Positions 1 through 13,126 are shown, numbered from the stretch's first letter. The stretch: DNA of 64,000 nt from Carcharhinus amblyrhynchos (GCA_965287045.1 OZ336877.1:105028001-105092000), one strand, 5' to 3'. Notes: generated from the letters alone by a model not told the origin. Numbers and translations are program-made.

Positions 1-292
1 GGGACGGTCACCTCTTTTAGGTGTACTGAAACAATCCCATTGTGCCATTTTGAACAATCGGGAAGCTACCTTTCCTTGGTGTCTTGGCCAATATTTATCC
101 CTCAAACAACATTATAAAAATTGATTATCTTGTCATTACTATGTAGCTGTTCGTGGCAGCTTGCTGTGCCCAAATTGACAATCATGTCATCTGTATTAGA
201 AGTGACTTCGCTTAGAAGCAAGTACTTGTGGACTGTAAAATGCTTCAGAAGGTTCTCTGATGTGAAAGGGGCTTTGTAAATTCAAGCATTTT
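1..292 (+). mobile_element. Old Deu-domain SINE (SacSINE1/AmnSINE1-like), 3' part
   Basis: Contains ggtgtcttggccaatatttatccctcaaacaacat...agcttgctgtgcccaaattg and the tail gtgaaaggggctttgtaaattcaag. Confidence 0.7.
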
Positions 293-334
293 TAGATGTC
301 TTCCACTGAAATAAATAAGTAATCTTAATGGTTA

Positions 335-942
335 ACAGCACGAAGTTACTGAATACAGGAGTTGGGATGGCTTGTTGAAGTTGTACTAGACATTCATAAG
401 GTCACATTTGGAATACCATGTGCCGTTCTGGTCACCCTATTATAGAAAGGGTATTAAACTAGAAAGAGCGTAGAAAATATTTAGGGGATGCTACTGGGAC
501 TTGGTGGTTTGAGTTATAAGGATTTCTTCCCTGCAGTGTAGGAAACTTAGGGGTGGTCTTATAGAGGTCTATAAAATAATGAGGGGCATAGATCAGCCAG
601 ATAGTCAACACCTTTTCCCAAAGGTAGGGGAGTCTAAAACTAGAGGGCATAGGTTTAAGGTGGGGTGGGGGGGGGGGGGGGAGATGCAAAAGGGTCCAGA
701 GGGGCAATTTTTTCACACAGAAGGTGATGAGTGCCTGGAACAAGCTGCTAGAGGCAGTAGTAGAAGTGGGTACAATTTTGTCTTTGAAAAAGCATTTAGA
801 TAGTTACATGGGTAAGATGAGCACAGAGGTATTTGGGCCAAACATGGGCAATTGGGATTAGTTTAGTGGTTAATAAAAAGTGCTGCATGGAGAAGTTGGG
901 CTGAAAGCCCTGTTTCCATGTTGTAAACCTCTATGACTCTAA
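335..942 (+). mobile_element. CR1-type (HER1-like) LINE, 5'-truncated 3' end
   Basis: Degenerate RT C-terminus (GGLIEVYKIMRGID...KTRGHRFKV) and a ctctatgactcta tail. Confidence 0.88.
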
Positions 943-1989
943 GTTAATCAGAGGGTCTCAAAGAGGCGTTTTATGTCAATAAGTCAATCATTTTCAAGGC
1001 TGATTGGTTATATTTTCTCAACATATCAATCTACTAAGTGCTAGCAAACTGCAAAGAGAAATGATCAAAAATCTTGCCTGAGATGAGAGGAACAAGTTAT
1101 TAAAACAAAATATGCAGTGACTACATATGACAGCAAGTCCAATGATAGCTGTAATGATCTTTGTGTGCATGCCTAGCTTCAACATATTTGGACGACAGCA
1201 CAGCTACACATATTATATAATTACGCAAATAAAAAAAAATGTGATGAACATGCTTCCATGGATGCAACGTGCCTTTAATGTGCATGGCCAAAAAATATTT
1301 CTCACTGACATCTGTAAAAGAAATTATGCCAAAAAATGTCAAGCTGTCTTGTGCAGTAAACATCTGACAAATTGCTCCCCTTGATTTAGTTTTGCACAAC
1401 TAAGAAACACTCATTAATGGGATTTTTTAGACCGAATAGGTCATATGCCCTGGAAGACAATAGGAAATGCTTTTGCTGATCAACTTAAGAATTTAAGAAT
1501 GAGTCATAAAGCCCAACTTGACCACTGCTTTTTCACATCCATCAACCTAACTAATTTGTTTTTTCCAGCATACCTTTCAGCCCTGTTTATTTCTGGGGAT
1601 CTAGTTACCTCTTCAACCCATTTATATCATTCATTTCACTTCCCTGCCTGATCACTGGTTCCACAAGTCCATTGTCCAATGTTCAAAAATGTACTGCCCC
1701 GCTTGCCTTCTTACTCTCAACTTCCTGACTTCAATATTTGTCCCATTCCGTCTGAACACTTGGCCATGTAAACAATTTATTAGAGTCAGCTGTCCCTTTA
1801 AGATCTTTTAACATGCTGGTTGTAAATCCCAAATTGCTTCAGTCTAGACACTAAGTGCTGTGAAACTGTGAAGTACGCCCAGAGGCATGGAGAATATTTG
1901 CTTGGCATTTAATCATATCTTAGTAAAGTTAACATTCACTGTAATATTCAGTGGCAGAGTTAGGAAGGATGGAAAGTTTTTTTCTGTAC

Positions 1990-2670
1990 TTATGCTGAGT
2001 TTCTGTCTACATCAACGGGATGAATTGGAAATGGTTGAGAGCTTCAAGTTTTCGGTGTCCAGATCAATAATCACTTGTCCTGGTCCCTCCAACCAATGCC
2101 ATAGTTAAGAAAGCCCACCAATGCCTCTACTTTCTCAGGAGGCTAAGGAAATTTGGCATGTCCGCTATGACTGTCACCAACAGATTCCCAATAGAAAGCA
2201 TTCTCTCTGGTTGCATCACAGCTTGGTATGGCTCCCTCTCTGTCCATGACCTCAAGAAACCACAAATGGTCATGAATGTAGCCCAGTCCATCATGCAAAC
2301 CAGCTTCCCATCCATTGACTCTGTCTACACTTCCTGCCGCCTCAGAAAAGCAGCCAGCATAATCAAGGACCCCACACACCCCAGACATATTCTCTTCCAC
2401 CTTCTGCCATTTGGAAAAAGATACAAAAGTCTGAGGTCACGTTCCAACCAACTCAAGAACAGCTTCTTCCCTGCTGCCGTCAGACTTTTCAATGGACCTA
2501 CCCTGCATTAAGTTGATCTTTCTCGACACCCTCGCCATGACTGTAACACTACATTCTGCATTGTCTCCTTGGCTTATATGTGTACCGTACGTTTTGTCTG
2601 GACAGTGTACAAGAAACAGTAATGTTCATTGTGAACCAATACATGTGATAATAATAAATCAAATGAAAGC
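1990..2670 (+). mobile_element. Rex1/Babar-like LINE 3' fragment
   Basis: ELEMVESFKF...YFLRRLRKFGMS...IESILSGCITAWYG...HLLPFGKRYKSL...NSFFPAAVRLFN. A second copy lies at 59955-60527. Confidence 0.8.
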
Positions 2671-2849
2671 AACACTTGCTGTACTCTAAACCACCCAGAT
2701 CTGCATTCATGGTACAAGTTAATGCTTTTGTGGTTATGTTTGAATTTAGTAACTACGAGTGGCAAACAAAATGAGTAATGGTAGTCATATAAATATCTGA
2801 AAGACTATTCAACCAATGATAAATATTTCCCTTGCTGTAATTTCAACTG

Positions 2850-4545
2850 AAACTCAGAAATGGCAGAAGAAATAAACCAATACTTTGTCTCCGTCTGCAC
2901 AGTAGAAGATAATAATTGTCCCAAAAACTTCAGTTAATACACTAGAACTTGGTGAAATTATTATAACCAGGGAGAAGATACACAGTAAACTGAAGGGTTT
3001 AAAAGTAGATAAGTCCCTGGGGCCTGATGGCCTCCATCTCGGGTGTTAAAGGAGATGACAGCAAAGATGGTAGATGCATTAGTTATGATATTCCAAAATT
3101 CCCAGGATTCCTGAAAGGACTGGATACATGCTAATGTGATGTTCTTATTCAAGAAAGGAGGGAGGGAGAAAGTGGGAAACTATGGGCCAGTCAGCTTGAT
3201 CTCTTGGTTGGAAGCTTGCTCGAGTCAATCATTAAGAAGGAGGTGACTGAGCATCTAGAAAAGCAAAGCTCAATTCACCAGTGCCAGCACGGCTTTGTGA
3301 AGGGCAAGCCTTGTTGACAAACCTGCCAGAGTTCTTTGAGGATGTAACCAGCAAGATAGGTAACAGGGATCCTGCAGATGTGGTCTATCTGGACTTCCAG
3401 AAGGCATTTGATAAGGATACCACACACTAGGTGAGATCCCAAGGGGTTGGAGATAGAGTAGTGGCTTGGATTGAGGATTGGCTGACTGATAGAAAGCAGA
3501 AAGTTGGGCTAAATGGGTCCTTCTCCATTTGGCGACCTGTAACTAGTGGAATCCTGCAGGGTTCACTTCTCAGACCACAACTACTTACAATCTATATCAA
3601 TGAGCTACAAGCAGGGACAGAGTGTAACATAGCGAAATTTGCTGATGACATGAAAATAGGTGGGAAAGCAAGTGTGATGAGGAAATAAAAGTTTACAAAT
3701 GGATATTGACAGGCTAAGGGAATGGCAGATGGAGTTTAATGTGGATAAATGTGAGGTTATCCATTTTGACCGGAAAATAAAAGAGCAAATTACTATTTAA
3801 ATGGGAAACAGATTCAAAAGGTGTCTGTGCAGAGGGATCTGGGTATCCTTGTTCATGAGTCTCAGAAAGTGGGTGTGCAGGTGCAGAATGTTCTCAGGAA
3901 GATAAATAGAATCTTGGCATTAATTGCAAGGAGTCTAGAGTATTAAAGTAGAGAAGTGTTGTTAAAATTCTGTAAGGCATTGCTGAGACTACACTTTTGC
4001 ACTCAGTTTTGGTCACCTTCTTTGAGGAAGGATGTGGTGGCACTGGAGGTGGTTCAGAAGACCTTCACTAGATCGATTTCAGATTCGAAGGGGCTATCAT
4101 AAGAGGAGCCGTTGAATAGCTTGGGTTTGTCTGCACTGGAGTACAGAAGAATGAGGGAGGATTTGATTGAGGTTTATAAAATGTTCAACGGGATTGATAA
4201 AGTAAATATTAACCAAATGTTCTTCCTTCTCAAACAGCATAGGATAAGGGGTCATAGCTGTAGAGTAAGAGGGGGGAAGTTCAGACAGAGATAAGGAGCA
4301 GCTACTTCTCAGAGGGTTGTGAATCTATGGAAACCATTGCCCCAGAGTGCAGTGGATGCAAAATAAATCAATGAATTCAAGAAAGAGATAGTTAAATATC
4401 TGATCAAAAGTGGGATAATGGGCTATGGGGAAAAGGCAGGCAAATGGAGTTAAAATGAGATGGAGACATGATCATACAGAATGGCAGACAGGCCTTGAAG
4501 GCCTACTTGAATTGTCTACTCGCGCACCTAATTCCTATGTTCCTT
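2850..4545 (+). mobile_element. CR1-type LINE ORF2 fragment with RT (stops and frameshifts)
   Basis: KSLGPDGLH, NYGPVSL, VVYLDFQKAFDK, SGILQGSLL and KFADD motifs, followed by a CR1 3' UTR ending cctatgttc. Confidence 0.92.
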
Positions 4546-6151
4546 AGCAGATAGCATTCCTGCCTCTTAGCCAAAAGTTCTGCATTCAAATCCCACTCCA
4601 GGACTTACTGGCCTAGGGAGGAACATTCATAATAAAACTCAACTCCTCACCTTTCCAACATTTCCCCAAAAGGGGAGCGAGTGGGTGAAAATTCAAAACA
4701 AGTACATGCTTTATGGGGTGGGTAGGGTTGGGGAGGGAAGGGTGAAAATACTTAAAAGGAAAAGGGGAGTGATTAAATAATTGTCTTATATAAATTAAAG
4801 GTGGCGTAGCTGTAAATAGAGGCCAACTTATGGCTCGGGAATTACTTCTGGAGAATTGAAGGTGTTTTGGGTTACAAACTGTTACAGAACCGAGGGTTTA
4901 GTCTGCTGCACTATACAAAGAGGAACCAATAAGATATTATAATGTAAAATTCTGGCCACATTACACCCCTACTTCTGGCAGGAATTTGAACTGGTGCCCT
5001 CCTTGGACCAAATCATGATTTTTTTGTGTGGAATTTAGGAACCAGATTCTTTGTCAGTGGCAAATTACTCAACACTAATCTACTTATCTATTTTAACACT
5101 AATTGATATGGACCAAGTATCATTATGTAAAAGACAGTAAAGTTAAAAGTATGGACCCAACCTACCCATTTTTGTTGAACTAGGCTGCATTATTGCACAC
5201 AACTCGTAAGAAGTATGAAAGTACAGTGATGCATGAATCTTCTCAGATTTCAACAAAACTCAATACATTCAGAAACATTTCTGTGGAATGCACCAAATGA
5301 AGTCTTTGCAAACATAACTCCCTGGCTGGATTTTGATAGAAGACTAATTTAAACCAATTCTTATGAGGAAGCCTCTTGTTCCTCAATTTGCAAAGTGCTC
5401 TGGGGTCACAGAGCGACAAAGTTAATGAGTTTCTGTGTACAGATCCTTAAATCTACATGGAAGGAAGGCTCTGTCAGAATCCAGTCAAGCAAGTAGTCTA
5501 ACTGTCAGAATGATCTGATGATGACAGTGAATAGTGACACTGTACAAGACATCAGATGAAATATGAAGCCCATTTTAGGAAATGTTATAAATGAGCCATG
5601 TGCAAAAAGTGATTACAATTCCTGCAGAACAAGTTTAAAGATAAATTTTATTCAGACATTGTAACATAAGGTTTGACCAAAGTTTCTGCCATTAATGGAC
5701 AAAAACCTTGCAAAAACCAAATGAATTAAGTTCCTGCATGATTTGCCCAGATATCCTGCCATAATTTTTTTTGCATTTCTCTGGGTTTTCTGTCAACCTC
5801 TCACTGAAGTTATGGTTAGACATCTAGGGAAAAACATAGTCTTGCAGGAATTCAATGCTATTTGATTTTTGAAACGTGGGGAATGTCCTTTCTATGGATT
5901 TTTCATTTGTCATAAACAATAAAGTCAATTGGGCATTTTTCTTCGTAACCCAGTATTAGATTACAAAAACATAATACAATGTAGAGATTGGGATCTAAAT
6001 CCATGATTGTCAAAATAGATAAGTCAACACCTACACTATCAGGTACAACAATCATTTATCTGAACAAGTCCTATCTTAGAAAATCTTGTTCTTCATGTAT
6101 TTTGTCCAACACTAGTTTCATTCTTCATCTCTCAGGATCATTGAATCACGT

Positions 6152-6445
6152 CAGTTTATTTATTTATTGTTACAAGTAGGCTTACGTTAACACTGCAATG
6201 TAGTTACTGTGAAAATCCCTGAGTTGCCATACTCTGGCACCTGTTCGGTACACTGAGGGAGAATTTAGCATGGCCAATGCACCTAACCTGAATGCCTTTT
6301 GGACTGTGGGAGGAAAACAGAGCACCCGGAGAAAATCCACACAGACACAGGGAGAACATGCAAACTCCACACAGTCAGTGACCCAAACTGGGAATTGAAC
6401 CGGAGTCCTCGGAACTGTGAGACAGCAGCACTAACCACTGAGCCA
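6152..6445 (-). mobile_element. tRNA-derived V-SINE, alternative-tail subfamily
   Basis: Head and V-domain shared with HE1; tail is gggattttcacagtaactacattgcagtgttaacgtaagcctacttgtaacaataaataaa. Confidence 0.85.
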
Positions 6446-6459
6446 TCATTCAGTTTTGA

Positions 6460-6770
6460 CGGAGGCCATTCAGCCCATTAAGTCTGCAAAAACTCTCCGA
6501 CATAGCATCTTACTGTGGCCCTCCCTCCATAACCCTAGATTTATACCCCACTGATCCCCCTAACCTACATGTCGTGGGACACTAAGGGGCAACTTGGCAT
6601 GGCCAGTTCACCTAGCCTGCACATCTTTGAACTGTGGGAAGAAACCAGAGCACCTGGAGGAAACTCACGCAGATGGGGAGAGAAAATACAGTCAATCAAG
6701 TCTAGAATCAAATTTGGATCCCTGGTGCTGTGAGGCAGCATGCTAAACATTGTGCCACCGTGCCCGCCTT
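6460..6770 (-). mobile_element. HE1-type V-SINE with CR1-like tail
   Basis: Head gcacggtggcacaatgtttagcatgctgcctcacagc, V-domain, and tail gggctgaatggcctcc. Confidence 0.85.
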
Positions 6771-6849
6771 CATACTGCTTACAGCGCTCAGCAGACTGAT
6801 ACTTTACAATTCTGATACTTTAGAATGCCACACACCTCGTGAACTTGCG

Positions 6850-7335
6850 GAGGAGATTGACAAGAATTAATCCAGGAACGAGGGACTCAGAGAGGCTACA
6901 GAAGCTGGGATTGTTTTCCTTAAAATGGAGAAGATTAAGGGGAGATTTAATTGCAATATTGAGAATTATGAATGGCCTTCAGAAGAGTAGAGGAGAAACT
7001 GCTCCCACTGGTCAGTAGGTCAACAATCAGTTGATGTAGATTCAACATTCTTGGGAAAAGAGCTAGGGGCAAGATGAGAAGAAACTGCATTAGGCAGCAT
7101 GTTGCTATGATTCGACATCCACCATTTGAAATGGTGAAGGATTTAGATTCAACATGCATTTTCAAACAGGGATAGAACGGCCAATTGAAATGGAAACAAA
7201 AACTGCAAGGCTACGGAGAAAAATAAGTGCTAGACTAATTGAACTGTTCTTTCAAAGCACAAACACAGGCACAATGGGCTGAATGGCAAGAGAACACAAT
7301 GAGCTGAAGGTTTTTTTTAGGCTTTGTAACTCTAT
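6850..7335 (+). mobile_element. Old CR1 3' fragment
   Basis: gaagctgggattgttttcctta...ggggagatttaatt and a CR1-type tail ctttgtaactctatg. Confidence 0.7.
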
Positions 7336-7807
7336 GGCTCTCTCTGGCCCTGAGCTATGCAACGATTCTATGAGAACACAAAGCTTTTGGCCTTACTGGT
7401 CTTGCATTGCTATTTCCCATATATTACAGCCTCAAAATGAAAATCATCATGATCCTGTCATGAAACTAGGATTGTGACTACCTGAATCCATATCACATTA
7501 AGCAAGCAGGGATAGATGTCTTGAATTCCTTTACCCTTAGCTATATTATAACCCATTATCTCGAAATTAAAGTATAATCACTACCAGCTGAAACCCAATC
7601 ATCTTTTTATCATTGCTGGGAAAAGGAGGGGTGAACAGGATGCACATAATTGGGTACAATGGCTTGGATGCTTCCTCTACTCTCCACATAGTCCCTTTCC
7701 ACTCTGGCACTCCATTGAACTTACCGTCCATGGGCTAATATGGAAAGCAGGCTTAAGTTACGTTAAAAAAAATCAACTAGCATGAAAAAACTGACAGGGA
7801 AAGACAT

Positions 7808-7990
7808 GGGGTGAGATTCTTTGACCTCCCAGTCGGCAGGCAGTAGTGCGTTGTTTGCCGGTGGAGGGATTCTCTGGTCCCACTGCTGTCAATGATGTCA
7901 CCCCATGCCAATGGGAAGCCCACAGACAGGGATGCGCTGCCGGTGGAACTGGAAAATCCCACCACATGAACAGCCAGAGAATTCTGGCTC
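7808..7990. mobile_element. MITE (~180 bp) with GGG..GATTCT / AGAATT..GGC termini
   Basis: Imperfect terminal inverted repeats. Related copies at about 21795-21990, 39980-40140 and 59596-59782. Confidence 0.6.
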
Positions 7991-8029
7991 AGATTTCATT
8001 GAGCCTGACCCATTGAGCAACATGAATCC

Positions 8030-8882
8030 TAATAACCTTCATCTACAGCAAAGGGCAATTGAGCATGGCCAATCCACCTAACCTGCATATCTTTGGGCTA
8101 TGAGAAGGAACTGGAGCACCCAGAGAATACCCACGCAGACATGGGGAAAACATGCAAATTGCATATAGATGATCACCGAAGGCTCCAATTGAACCCAGTC
8201 ACTGGACTAATCACCCAGAGGTTCAGGCTAACATGGGGTCAAATCCCACCAGGCAGGTGATGGATTATTAATTTGGTTAGTCAATTCAATTAGATAAAAA
8301 TATTTGGAATGGAAAGCAGTCTCAATAATGCTGACTATGGAACTATCACTAAAAACACATCTGGATGACTGATGCTCTTTAGAGAAGGAACTTTGCCTGC
8401 ATGTGACCAGAGACCTACAGTGATGTGGTTGATTCTTAACTAAGGGACAGGTGACAAACGTTGGCCTTGCCAATGGTAGTCATATTTGCAAGATTGAAAA
8501 AATAACATTCAACACACGACATTTGTCATCATTAATTGCAATCAGCAGATGCAGACCCATTAGTCATTCAAAGCAAGCCATTGGCACAGTGGTTAGCACT
8601 GCTGGTTCAATTCTGGCCTTGAGTCACTGACTGTGTGGGATTTGCAGGTTCTCCCAGTGTCTGCGTGGGTTTCCTCCGGGTGCTCCTGTTTCTTCCCACA
8701 GTCCAAAGATGTGCAATCATGCTAAACTGTGCATTACTGTCCCAAGATGTGTAGGTTAGGGGGATTAGCTGGACGAATATGTGGGATTAGGGGGATAGGA
8801 CTTGGGTAAAATGCTCTGTTGGGGAGTCGATGCAGACTCGATGGACGGCACAGCTCCTTCTGCATCGTAGGGATTCTGTGGT
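8030..8882. mobile_element. SINE cluster: V-SINE (-, 8030-8200), second tRNA-SINE family (+, 8200-8505), HE1 V-SINE (+, 8582-8882)
   Basis: Direct similarity to other copies of each family in the window. Confidence 0.8.
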
Positions 8883-10049
8883 TCTAAAGATAGTCTGCAG
8901 CACTGAACTCAACTGTTGTTGCAAAGGTCCACTGCAGAAACCCACAGTGCTGTACACATGCACAGATCCCACATGAAAGCAGTCTGCAGCCCCTTTGGTG
9001 AGCCTTGAAATCTTGGTTGACCAGGAGATCATTGTTCACAGAGTGCCAAATTGTTACAAAGGCTTATTAACTGCCCTTTAGAAGGAAAATGGCAGAGGCA
9101 TACATTTAGGTTTTGTGCCCTAGGCTTTTTGTTCCAACACTATATTTAGTTATTCTGTGCATACTGAGGTTAGGCCCTACGGAGGTGATTTATAGTGAAA
9201 TGCTACAGTCCTTTTTAATCAACTCCGGAAACACTACATGGCAAAGTGGAAATGACAGCATTTCACAGGCCATGAATGCTTACAGAGGATTATCCCACAC
9301 TAATGGAATTAATGAATTTACAAGGCATTTTTTAAAGACGAATGATAAAACTGGCAATAGATGTTCCTTTTGTTATAAATTTAAAATGTGACATGAAAGC
9401 TTTGATTATAACCCACACCAGCATTTCTTACATTAGGAAATATGCAATGATAGTTCAGTCTTCACATATCCAGAACTTTCAACCGATTTTTATTTAAATC
9501 TGGGTGATTTGTGCTTTAAAATAATTTACTTTTGTGCAGTCGGTATTACCGTGAAAGTTATTTTGAATAAATTAAATAGCTTTTTCCACTGCAATTAGGT
9601 GACACAACATGCATCATATCTATTCTGAATCTTTTGGGCTCATCAACATTTAACGTGAACCCCACATTCAACGGTGTGGCATCCGCCTCCCTTTTTTAAT
9701 ATACATCTTGACAGCCAGCAAGCGACTCTGGAAAGCCGTGTGATTAGTACGGTATTAGGAGTGGTTGAGCTACCTCCAAAATTAGATTGCTGAGTCACCT
9801 CAAAAGAAAAACTTCAGTTGGACAGTGACCCAACAGTTAAACTTCACTCCACGCATCTTTGGAACTGAAAACATCATTAACATTGAAAATGTAAACAACC
9901 TGTTGTGTGAAGGGTGCCAAACAGGGGCAAAAAAAAATGCTGATCTGACTTCACAATAAAATAAAATCTACAATTCTAAAGTGGCTGCAGAAGTGGAGGC
10001 ACCTTAATGCATATGTGGATAAATCACTGCAGTTGACAAATGTGTTGAC

Positions 10050-10670
10050 AGAATGTTCAATAAACCATCTGGCATCCTGGGCTTTATCAATAAGGGCATA
10101 GAGGACAAAAGCAAGTTATCTTAAACTTATAAAGAAGATTGAGTTGGCCTCAACTGGACTATTGCACATAGTTCTGGCCAACACACTTTAGGAAGGATGT
10201 GAAAGTGTTAAAAGAGAGCAGAAATGACTCACAACAATGGTTCCAAGATGAAAGAACTTGAAAGATTGGAGAAGTTTCCCCTGGAGAGCAGAAGGTTCAG
10301 AGGAGATTTGAAAGAGGTATTTAAAAATGAAGTGCCTGCACAGGGTAAGTACCTAGGGAGAAACTGTTCCCGTTAGTGGAAGGATTGAGAACCAGAGGAC
10401 CCAGGCGTAAGGTGATTTAGCAAAAGGGGCAACAGTGACACGAGGAAAATATTTTTCACAATGGAATGCACTACCTGAGGGTGTGGTAGAGGCAGGGTCA
10501 ACTGAGGCTTTTAAAAGGGAATTAGGTTATTATCTGAAATGGAAAGGTTTACTAAATTTGCTTATTAAAATGCAGTGGAGTGGCACAAGGTAAATTGCTC
10601 CTTCAGAGGACCAGCTCAGGCACAATGAGCCAAATGACCTTCTGTGCTGCAACCATTCTATGATTCTATG
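10050..10670 (+). mobile_element. CR1 3' fragment
   Basis: ggcctcaactggactattgcacatagttctggcc (RPQLEYC-like) and the tail accattctatgattctatga. Confidence 0.82.
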
Positions 10671-11306
10671 AAAATGGATGGAGAAAATGTCACAGTTGAA
10701 CGTGAAACATGTATTGCCAGAAATGTCCACATAAGTATCAGTGGCAATTGACTGATCTCTAAGATAGGGACAATCTCTAAGGTAGGGACATGTTCGGCAC
10801 AACTTTGTGGGCCGAAGGGCCTGTATTGTGCTGTAGCTTTTTCTATGTTTCTATTTGGCAACACCAGTGTCGAGACATGAATATTGTTACATCGCATTTA
10901 ATTGAACACAGCTTTTGTCACATTATTCGACACAGAATTAAAAAATTTGTAATTGCAGGTGCTACCAATTCCCCATTTTAAGAAAAATAATTGCGAATCG
11001 CAGAACTAATGCTGAGGTTACACATTCCGGATTCCTGCAGCAGGCGAACACGCTCAGTGTGAATGATCGATTGCAAGCTTTGTCAAGTTTTTGAGGCAAA
11101 TGTATGCTGACTCTCGGTAACATCATCCAAGGAAATAACTCAAGCTCTCCATATAAACTGGCACCCTTACTTCACAGCCACTTCTCACAATGCTTCCACT
11201 GTCTCTGTGTTATTAGACTGCTCATGCAACATTCAATACAGGGTAGCTGCAATTTCTTCCAACGAAACATCAAACAAGTGCCATGAGGAATTGTCTTCCA
11301 TTATGG

Positions 11307-11890
11307 AATCATAGAATCTCTACCGTGCAGAAAGAGGCCACTCAACCCAACAAGCTTGCACCGACAACAATCCCATCCAGGCCCTATTGCTGTAACTCCA
11401 CATATTTATCCTGCTAAACTCTCTAAACACTAAGGGGCAATTGAGCATGGCTAACCAACCTAACCTGCACATCTCTGGATTATAGGCACTCTTGTTATAT
11501 CCTGTAAGCACTGCGGTTTCTTACTCTAAGCCTTTAGCAGTGGAATCCCTTCATGTTTTTAAATTAAGTTTACTTATTTATTATTTATTAGGTTTAAGTT
11601 TATTTATTATTAGTGTCACAAATAGGCTTACATTAACACTGCAATGAGGTTACCGTGAAAATCCCCTAGTCGCCACACTCCGGTGCCTGTTCACGTAGGC
11701 TGACAGAGAATTTAGCATGGCGAATGCACCTAACCAGCATGTCTTTCGGACTGTGAGAGGAAACTGGAGCACCCAGAGGAAACCCACGCAGAGATGGGGA
11801 GAACATGCAGACTCCACATGGACAGCGACCCAAACCTGAGTCTCTGGTGCTGTGAGGCAGCAGTGCTAACTACTGTGCCACCGTGCCGCC
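11307..11890 (-). mobile_element. Two V-SINEs: HE1 3' half (11307-11480) and a near full-length alternative-tail copy (11570-11890)
   Basis: Similarity to other copies; the head gggcggcacggtggcacagtagttagcactgc is intact at about 11890. Confidence 0.85.
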
Positions 11891-12583
11891 CACTAAATTT
11901 TTCACTTCGCAGTCAACAGGACAACAAACCACTCACCAAATCTTGTAGTCCATCTAAACAAAAAAGTCCATGGTGCACCGTATGTCAGTAAGATGAGCGT
12001 GGAGTGGAAATGTATCGGCGCAATAATCCAACTGGATTTGGGAGCATGCAATGCAATAATCTGGAAATGTGCGATGCGATGATTCCGTTTGGATTTATAG
12101 GAGTTGATAGCACGGCATTGCTTGGGTTACCACTGTGAAGAGACCTTTAACTACCGCCCACTCTTTCAAAAAAATTGTAAATGTAAAAAGTGCATTTCAG
12201 ATCCACTTCTGCTGGAAGAAAGCTAAAGTTTCATCAATGCATGGCAGCGAACCCATTTGGTGCCATCTTAATTGGGAGATTGGAATAGAAATTTAGTGAT
12301 TGCTTCCACAATGGAGGAAGAACAGACAGCTAGCTGGATTTTTTGACTTTTTTTAGTCACTCAAGTCGATTAAACAGTGGAAAATTTAAAACCATTTAAG
12401 CGTAACGCCAGCAAAAGCTGCTGTTAAAGTAGTCACAATTTCACTTTGGGCACGAGAAGTTTTTTTTTTCAAATTTTTTTCCACCCACGCATGCAATCTG
12501 CTTAGCAAAACCTCAGATCAACTGTTGGTATGGCCTTCAGAAGATAAAAAATAAAAACAAGTATTGAAATTACAAGAACTAAC

Positions 12584-12682
12584 ATGGCGTTACTGGTGAC
12601 TGTAGCCGATACTTCAGCTGAAGATATAACTCCACACTTGGAACATTTGAGCGTCAAACCGTAAAGGGGAACTGTCATCTGA
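12584..12682 (-). CDS. ADGRB1: ADGRB1 ICL3 insert exon, 99 bp, symmetric phase 2-2 (probable cassette)
   Basis: taattgcag|T CAG ATG...GCC AT|gttagt gives (G)QMTVPLYGLTLKCSKCGVISSAEVSATVTSNA(M). It resembles the 33-aa ICL3 segment of ADGRB3 (QMSEPHSGLTLKCAKCG...SNAM). Confidence 0.92.
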
Positions 12683-13126
12683 CTGCAATTAAAATTAAAA
12701 GACTGAAACAAAAATTGAACTTCAACACAAAAATCAGAGACAAATAATATTCATCCAGAAAAAGAAAGCTTCGCAAGACTGTTCATTTTGTCAGTAGTTA
12801 ACAGAAAGACACACATGTAAAAGGAATCTACTCAAAATAACAAGCAATATCCCATATTTCCTTGAAGAGGAGCAAAACTTTACTGGCAATGTAGTGAAGT
12901 TCTGAAGTGAAGCCATTCTCACATTCCAATTTTATATTCTGTAAGTGTTGTGATTTTTGTCCTTCCAATTAGTGAACTGGTGTGTGTTCAGTAATACATT
13001 AAAAGTAAATGGCCACGTCAAGCATGCCAACGGTGCTTTTAAATTTGTCAATAAAAAAAAACAAAGATATGTAAGATGGCATCCTTTTTACTTGCTTGGG
13101 CTTTAACCAATTTTCAAAATGATTTT

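Noticed and set aside
722-742. Poly-G run inside a CR1 fragment
   Set aside because: Simple homopolymer expansion or sequencing noise within a dead repeat.
12003-12102. Two weak ~55-bp direct repeats (tggaaatgt...gcaataatcc...tggattt)
   Set aside because: Too short and diverged to interpret separately; it lies within the island already reported around the ICL3 exon.
1-12583. Search for the next ADGRB1 exon (ASLWSSCVVLPLL...) and, above 61214, the TM1 exon
   Set aside because: Not seen by eye on the minus strand, so presumed outside the window. A tBLASTn search would confirm.
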